From Candidatus Dormibacteria bacterium (GTDB lineage: Bacteria > Chloroflexota > Dormibacteria > Aeolococcales > Bog-877), in the NCBI GenBank assembly GCA_049518775.1, contig JBEKRL010000004.1:4968-68967 (forward strand): a stretch of DNA of 64,000 nucleotides, read 5' to 3'. Positions 59,055 to 64,000 of this stretch are shown piece after piece (position 1 is the first letter of the stretch; each line of letters starts with the position of its first letter). The translations under genes were made by a program, and so were the position numbers. The notes under the pieces were generated by a model. It saw only the letters and a list, made by a program, of their open reading frames with translations. It made no database searches and was not told where the DNA came from.

Positions 59055-59625
59055 GTGGCTGCGATCTTTCGGGCGATCGAAGCCGAGCGGAGTCAGCTGG
59101 CCGAGCTGCTCAACGACGAGCCGGTCCAGACCCTGGCCCACATCTCCCGGGTCCTGCAAAGCCTGGATGACATCCCGGACGCAGCGGCCCCGGCGGCTGC
59201 GGCCTTCGATCCTCGACGACCTGCGGTTGGGGGCCGCACTCCGCCAGCTGGCCGGGGATTTCGCCGTGGCCTCGACACTCACCGTCCGGGCCGACCCGGG
59301 GGCTGTGACGGGGACCGGGCTCGCCGAGGCGGATCTCGCGCTGTTCCGGGTGGCTCAGGAGTCCCTGCGGAACACCGAGGTCCATGCTGCGGCGACCGAG
59401 GTCGACTTGCGGCTGCGCCGGCGGGGCGCCCGGGTGAGCCTCACTGTGGGTGACAACGGCATCGGTCTGGCGGCGTGTTCCCAGATGGCTGGCTCCGGCA
59501 CTGGCTTCCCGGACATGTGGGAGCGGATGCGGTCGGTCGGGGGCAACCTGACGGTGCGCTCGAGGCCGAGCGTGGGGACGGTGGTGCTGGCCACGGTGCC
59601 AAGCTCGGCTCCGCCCCGCCCTTAG
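59055..59625 (+). pseudogene. sensorless HisKA_3/HATPase_c histidine kinase remnant with frameshift (~59190-59220) and H-box His->Asn
   Basis: frame A encodes ERSQLAELLNDEPVQTLAHI (H-box with N instead of H); frame B (ORF 59167-59625) encodes LRPSILDDLRLGAALRQL...GDNGIGL...GSGTGFPDMWERMRSVGGNL (intact HATPase_c); the two segments are in different frames and closer together than in intact homologues. Confidence 0.35.
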
Positions 59626-59815
59626 GGATCGGGTCGGGTCGGCTCAGCGCCGGCGGCCGAAGCCTTCGAGGGCTGGCCCCGGCCTGGCTAGGCTCTGGCG
59701 CCGATGGGTGCGAACGCTCGGCGGTCCCGAGGAGTTCAGGGCCCCTCCCTGCGCTCACCGCCCCCGGGCGTGGTCTCGGTGGCGGAAGGCCGCCGGCGGG
59801 ACTGCCGTCGAGCGC

Positions 59816-62524
59816 CTAGCGGACCCGCTTGGCGCCCACCAGGGCAGGCAGCTGCGCCTGGGTCACCCGGACGCGAACGTCGACCGCGCGAGACCCACTG
59901 GCGCCGGCGATGACCGGGTTGGCTTCGATCTCCGCGATGGCGCTGTGGGCCTCGGCCATGGCCGCCAGCCTGACGATGACGTCGCAGAGTGCCTTGAGGT
60001 CCACCTTGGCGGCACCCCGGAACCCGTCGAGCAGGGGGAATGTGCTCAGCTTCCGGAGCATCTCCTCGGCTTCGCCAGGCCCGATCGGCGCCAGCCGGAC
60101 GGTCATGTCGCGGACCAGCTCAACTGCCGTCCCCCCGGCCGCGACCACGACCACGGTCCCGTAGGCGGGGTCGTTGGTCGCCCCGACCAGGACCTCGACT
60201 CCGGTCGGCGCTTGCTCCTGGAGCAGGAATCGCGTCACCGGAGTCGCGGTGCCCGCGAGCCGCGCCTGCATCTGCCGGGCGGCCAGCTCCACCTCAGGCC
60301 CTGCCTCCAGCCCGACCACCACAGCCCCCAGCTCACTCTTGTGCAGGATGCCCGGGCCGACTCCCTTCAGCACCACCTTGGCGCCCAGGTCCAGCGAGGC
60401 TTGAGCCGCCTGCTCGGGGGTCTCAACCTCGGCCGAGCGCAGAACCGGAATTCCGTAGGCCCGCATGATCGAGTCGGTCTCGGCACTGTCGAGCCACGCG
60501 CGCTTCTCCAGTAGACAGTGAGCCACCGTGGTCGCCACCGCCACCGGATCGACCCCGGCCGGGACCGCGGGCTCGCTCCGGGGACGCTTGCGCCACTCCG
60601 CCAGCCGGCAGGTGCCGGCCAGGGCCCGGACGGCGTTCTCGGGGAGTAGGAAAGTGGGGATGCTCACATGGTCCGACTTCACATGCCCCGTGATCCCCGA
60701 GTTGGCCATGAACACCCCGATGATCGGGATCGGCTGCTTGAACCTGGCCACTGCGTCCGCCAGAGCCTGGGCCACGTCCTCGGCCCGGGTCAACATGGGA
60801 GGGATGAAGATGACCACGATGGCGTCCACGTTCTCGTCGGCGGCCACCATGTCGATCACCGCGCCGTAGTCCTCGGCGGAGGCCGAGGCGATCATGTCAA
60901 TCGGGTTGCGGACGGAGGCGTGGGGGGAGGAGAGTCGCGCGGCCAGCTGGGTCTGGGTGGCAGCGGCCAGCTCGGCGACCTGGAGGCCATTCGACTCGCA
61001 GGCATCGGCGCAGAGGATCCCGGGACCGCCCGCGTTGGTGATGATGGCGACACGGTTCCCCTGGGGAAGCGGCTGGGTCGACAGCAGCGCCATGAGGTCG
61101 AACATTTCGCCCAGGCTGTGGGCTCGGAGCGCTCCGGTCTTCTCGAAGAGGGCGTCGACGGCGGCATCGGAGGCCGACACCAGGGCGGCGGTGTGGGAGG
61201 CCGCGGCTCGTTGCGCAGCGACGCCGATCGCGCTCTTGACCACCACGATCGGCTTGGTCCGGGAGACCCGCTCGGCGATCTGGGCGAACTTGCGGGCGTT
61301 GCCGAACGATTCCAGGTAGAGCGCGATCACCTCGGTGCGCGGGTCCCCATCCCAGAAGCTCAGCAGGTCGTTTCCACTGATGTCGGCCTTGTTGCCCACC
61401 GAGATGAAGGCGCTGAGCCCGAGGCCGAGCCGGCGAGTGGCGTCTATCACTGCCAGCCCCAGGGCACCGCTCTGGGAGAGGAACCCGATCTGGCCCCGAT
61501 CTGGTGGCACCGGCGCGAAGGTCGCGTTGAGGCCGACCTCTGGGCTGGTGTTGATGATGCCCATGCAATTCGGCCCCACGATGCGCATCCCTGAAGAGGA
61601 GCAGATCTCGAGGAGCTCATCCTGGAGGCCCCGCCCCCGCTCACTCTCCTCGGCAAACCCGGCGGAGATCACCACCAGGGATCGGACCTCCTTGGCGGCG
61701 CATTCTCGTGCCACGGCGATCACCGCCGACACCGGGACCGTCACCACGGCCAGATCCACAGGGCCCTCGATGTCGGTGACGTGCCGGTAGGAGCGGACCG
61801 ATTGAATGAACTCGGCCTCGGGGTGGACGGGATAGACCGGGCCCTGGAATTCGCCCTCCAGAAGGTTGTGGAAGATCGTGCCGCCGATCGTGCGGCGCTG
61901 ACGCCCGGCGCCGATCACCGCCACCGATTTGGGGTTGAGGAGCATCCGGACAGCCGAGGCCGAGGCCTGCTCCTCGCGCTCCTCGAAGCGGTGCATGGCC
62001 TCGGGGGTCAGCTCGGTGGGGAACTCCAGTCTCACCAAGCCCGGCTGTGAGTAGGTGTGAATCGCGAATCCACTGTGCGCGAACACGTCCAGCATGGCCG
62101 CGTTCTCCGGCTGGACGGCGGCTTCGAATACCTCGACCCCCATCGAGCAGGCGACCTGGGCCAACTGGCCCAGCAGTAGGGATCCGATTCCCTTGCCCTG
62201 AAGGGAGTCGGCCACCGTGAAGGCGGCCTCCGCGCGGACGCCAGCGGTGCGGATGAAGATGCCGTGCCCGACCACCCGGGGGGGCTGTCCCTGGATCGCG
62301 ACCAGGCCCACCGAGTTGCGTCCGTCAACCCTGCCCAGCATCTGGGCCGCCTCAGGCAGGGCCACTCCGGCGGCGAGGAAACGGAACGCGAGCGACCTCG
62401 GCGACAGCGTGTGCAGGAACTCCAGGACCAGCTCGACGTCGTCGGGTTGCTGCTCGCGGAGCCTGAGCACGGACCCGTCCTTGAGGACCACGTCGCTGTC
62501 CGGGATCAGGGAATTCTCCACCAT
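59816..62524 (-). CDS. GNAT acetyltransferase fused to ADP-forming acyl-CoA synthetase (CoA-binding + ATP-grasp) domains: actinobacterial Pat-like protein lysine acetyltransferase
   Basis: N-terminal GNAT (QGKGIGSLLLGQLAQ), then succinyl-CoA-synthetase-like CoA-binding (VAVIGAGRQ...GPNCMGI) and ATP-grasp domains; ATG 62524. Confidence 0.8.
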   Translation of the reverse strand: MVENSLIPDSDVVLKDGSVLRLREQQPDDVELVLEFLHTLSPRSLAFRFLAAGVALPEAAQMLGRVDGRNSVGLVAIQGQPPRVVGHGIFIRTAGVRAEAAFTVADSLQGKGIGSLLLGQLAQVACSMGVEVFEAAVQPENAAMLDVFAHSGFAIHTYSQPGLVRLEFPTELTPEAMHRFEEREEQASASAVRMLLNPKSVAVIGAGRQRRTIGGTIFHNLLEGEFQGPVYPVHPEAEFIQSVRSYRHVTDIEGPVDLAVVTVPVSAVIAVARECAAKEVRSLVVISAGFAEESERGRGLQDELLEICSSSGMRIVGPNCMGIINTSPEVGLNATFAPVPPDRGQIGFLSQSGALGLAVIDATRRLGLGLSAFISVGNKADISGNDLLSFWDGDPRTEVIALYLESFGNARKFAQIAERVSRTKPIVVVKSAIGVAAQRAAASHTAALVSASDAAVDALFEKTGALRAHSLGEMFDLMALLSTQPLPQGNRVAIITNAGGPGILCADACESNGLQVAELAAATQTQLAARLSSPHASVRNPIDMIASASAEDYGAVIDMVAADENVDAIVVIFIPPMLTRAEDVAQALADAVARFKQPIPIIGVFMANSGITGHVKSDHVSIPTFLLPENAVRALAGTCRLAEWRKRPRSEPAVPAGVDPVAVATTVAHCLLEKRAWLDSAETDSIMRAYGIPVLRSAEVETPEQAAQASLDLGAKVVLKGVGPGILHKSELGAVVVGLEAGPEVELAARQMQARLAGTATPVTRFLLQEQAPTGVEVLVGATNDPAYGTVVVVAAGGTAVELVRDMTVRLAPIGPGEAEEMLRKLSTFPLLDGFRGAAKVDLKALCDVIVRLAAMAEAHSAIAEIEANPVIAGASGSRAVDVRVRVTQAQLPALVGAKRVR

Positions 62525-63080
62525 GCTCAACTGTGACCCGGTGCCGGACTCACCGACACGGGTGCTTTCCTCCGGCCGGGGCGCGTGACTACCGCCAGCG
62601 CTGCGAACGCTACCACACCTCCCGCCGGCGTCCGGCCATCAGCATCGAGCGGCCACGGCCATCGGAGCCTCCCTCCCGGACGTGGAGGTCACGACCCCGC
62701 CGGCCGGCCTTCTCCCGTGCGTCCCGAGGCCCGTGAGTGAAAGCTCGGCCCCCCGGTAGGTGCAAGCGACGTGGCGGGCGAGTGCTCGCAGCACCAACCT
62801 TGGACCATGGCGACGGGTCTCAGGCATCAACACGGGATGCGGCCTCCGGCTGCGGAAGCTGGTATCAGCGCCGGGGCGCAGGACGGCTCGCCCCGGCGAG
62901 GTAAGCGTGGTGGCCAGGCGCCGCAGGGACCGGAGGCCTGTCTCTGGCCGGGGAGGTGGGCCGTCCGATGACTGGCTGGAGAAACCAGGGTCACCCGGGA
63001 GGGTGCATACCGCTGGTGGAGCTGGGCCGGCCCGCCCCGGGAGGTTCCCGTGATTGCGGGGAATCTCGGGAGGCATCGCT

Positions 63081-63557
63081 GTGAGCGAGGGCAACCGAGG
63101 CAAGATCGTGGTCGGGGTGGACGGGTCGGAAGGGGGCCGCCTGGCCCTGCGGTGGGCGATCGGTGAGGCGGGCCTACGCCACGCCGAGGTGGTGGTGGTG
63201 CATGCGATCCAGCCTTGTCTCACGGCGACCGGGCTTCCCACCTATCCGGCGGCGGAGGTGCGATTCCCCTTCGATGTCGAGGACGCCGCCCGACAGCTCA
63301 TCAACCGGGAGCTGGGAGTGGTGCGGCCGGAGGCTGACGGGGTCGCGGTCAGTCGGACGGTGGTCGATAGTGCCCCGGCGCGGGGACTTCTGGAGCAGAG
63401 CCAGGGCGCCCTGATGCTGGTGGTCGGCTTGCGCGGGATGGGAGGTTTCCCCGGCCTGGCGATGGGCTCGGTGGCCCATCAGTGCGTCCAGCATGCGGGC
63501 TGTCCTGTGGTGGTGGTGGGACCGGAGAGCGCTCCCGCGCGGGCCGCCGCGGGCTGA
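63081..63557 (+). CDS. universal stress protein (UspA family)
   Basis: KIVVGVDGSEGGRLALRWA ... GLRGMGGFPGLAMGSVAHQC; GTG 63081 with GGGAGG RBS 7 nt upstream. Confidence 0.7.
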   Translation: MSEGNRGKIVVGVDGSEGGRLALRWAIGEAGLRHAEVVVVHAIQPCLTATGLPTYPAAEVRFPFDVEDAARQLINRELGVVRPEADGVAVSRTVVDSAPARGLLEQSQGALMLVVGLRGMGGFPGLAMGSVAHQCVQHAGCPVVVVGPESAPARAAAG

Positions 63558-63747
63558 GTCCACCGCGGGTTCCCGTGGGGGCGTTGAGCGCGTAGCCGGG
63601 GACTGGCGGTGGCTGAGCCCGGCGAGGTCGATGCGGCGCCCCCACTCCGGTCGGCCGGTCGATGCGTTGGTCCCATGGCGGCCGAGAACGCTCGGGTCCG
63701 TCACCCCGGGGAGACGCGGCCGGGGGCCGTGCTTTCCGCTTCGGTCC

Positions 63748-64000
63748 TCAGCCCTCCTGCAGTACGGCGGCGAAGACATTGGCCTGCTCGCCGGGATAGG
63801 CCCGGATCCGGGGCAGCTCCCAGGGCTGGGTGGCGCTCTCATGCCAGGGGGCCCCGGGCAGCCAGTCGTCCTCGAGCCCGCCTACGTATCCAAGCGGTCC
63901 GAGCTCGGAGAAGAGCTCGGTCTCGCCCGGGCCCACCTGGGTCCCCGACTTATACGGCCACAGGCCGCTGTAAGCGATGAACTGGATCGGCGCGTTGGTG
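63748..64000 (-). CDS. hypothetical protein, C-terminal fragment (gene continues beyond right window edge)
   Basis: frame ending at TGA 63748 stays open to position 64000 (…TNAPIQFIAYSGLWPYKSGTQVGPGETELFSELGPLGYVGGLEDDWLPG…); no family recognised. Confidence 0.3.
   Translation of the reverse strand, partial: TNAPIQFIAYSGLWPYKSGTQVGPGETELFSELGPLGYVGGLEDDWLPGAPWHESATQPWELPRIRAYPGEQANVFAAVLQEG

Noticed and set aside
58800-59453. 217-aa ORF overlapping end of response regulator
   Set aside because: N-terminal half overlaps the RR gene out of frame; only its 3' part (from ~59055) has HK-like sequence and is reported as part of the pseudogene.
1-64000. CRISPR arrays, tRNA/rRNA genes, integrases/transposases
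   Set aside because: No regularly spaced direct repeats, no tRNA-like cloverleaf candidates noticed by eye, no recombinase motifs; cannot exclude small RNAs without covariance-model scans.

Overview
Very high-GC (about 70%) bacterial chromosomal segment, protein-coding on both strands, with Actinomycetota-like gene content. No rRNA, tRNA, CRISPR array, integrase or transposase was recognised. Many 100-700 aa antisense 'shadow' ORFs typical of high-GC DNA are ignored.

Gene order, left to right:
- a DUF4097/DUF2089 pair
- a MarR regulator divergent from a YceI gene
- def, overlapping a LipB-like gene
- an EAL(degenerate)-GAF-GGDEF c-di-GMP protein
- an APC permease
- a five-gene translationally coupled sugar operon: Fe-ADH_2/G1PDH-like dehydrogenase, GntR/HutC regulator, DegT-type aminotransferase, GH4 glycosidase, ROK kinase
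- a MarR regulator with a DHA2 MFS pump
- a J-domain protein of unknown function
- metG, then a divergent GT4 glycosyltransferase
- SRPBCC, MarR and NfuA-like genes
- a lower-GC islet with an ArdC-like antirestriction/zincin protein, an XRE regulator and a YdeI-family protein
- ackA
- an NCS1 nucleobase permease

The dominant feature is a roughly 25-kb purine-catabolic, selenium-dependent-molybdenum-hydroxylase-type supercluster (30.8-55.9 kb). On the minus strand, in transcription order, it holds:
- adenine deaminase
- the FAD subunit and the fused FeS-Moco subunit of an XdhD-like hydroxylase
- 2,3-diaminopropionate ammonia-lyase (YgeX-like)
- an LLM oxidoreductase
- two SsnA-like amidohydrolases
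- selD (Cys type)
- a large PLP fold-II enzyme
- two YgeW-like carbamoyltransferases
- carbamate kinase
- dihydropyrimidinase/hydantoinase (HyuA-like)

Diverging from it is a plus-strand operon with a YqeB/XdhC-like maturation protein, the FAD/FeS/Moco subunits of a second xanthine-dehydrogenase-family enzyme, and an XdhC accessory protein.

The window ends with a stress/dormancy-like module: a USP, a DosS/DosR-like GAF-GAF histidine kinase plus NarL-type response regulator, a frameshifted sensorless histidine-kinase remnant, a GNAT-fused ADP-forming acyl-CoA synthetase (Pat-like protein acetyltransferase) and a second USP.

Start codons are frequently GTG/TTG and many adjacent genes overlap by 1-4 nt (ATGA/GTGA), so several starts are inferred, not certain.
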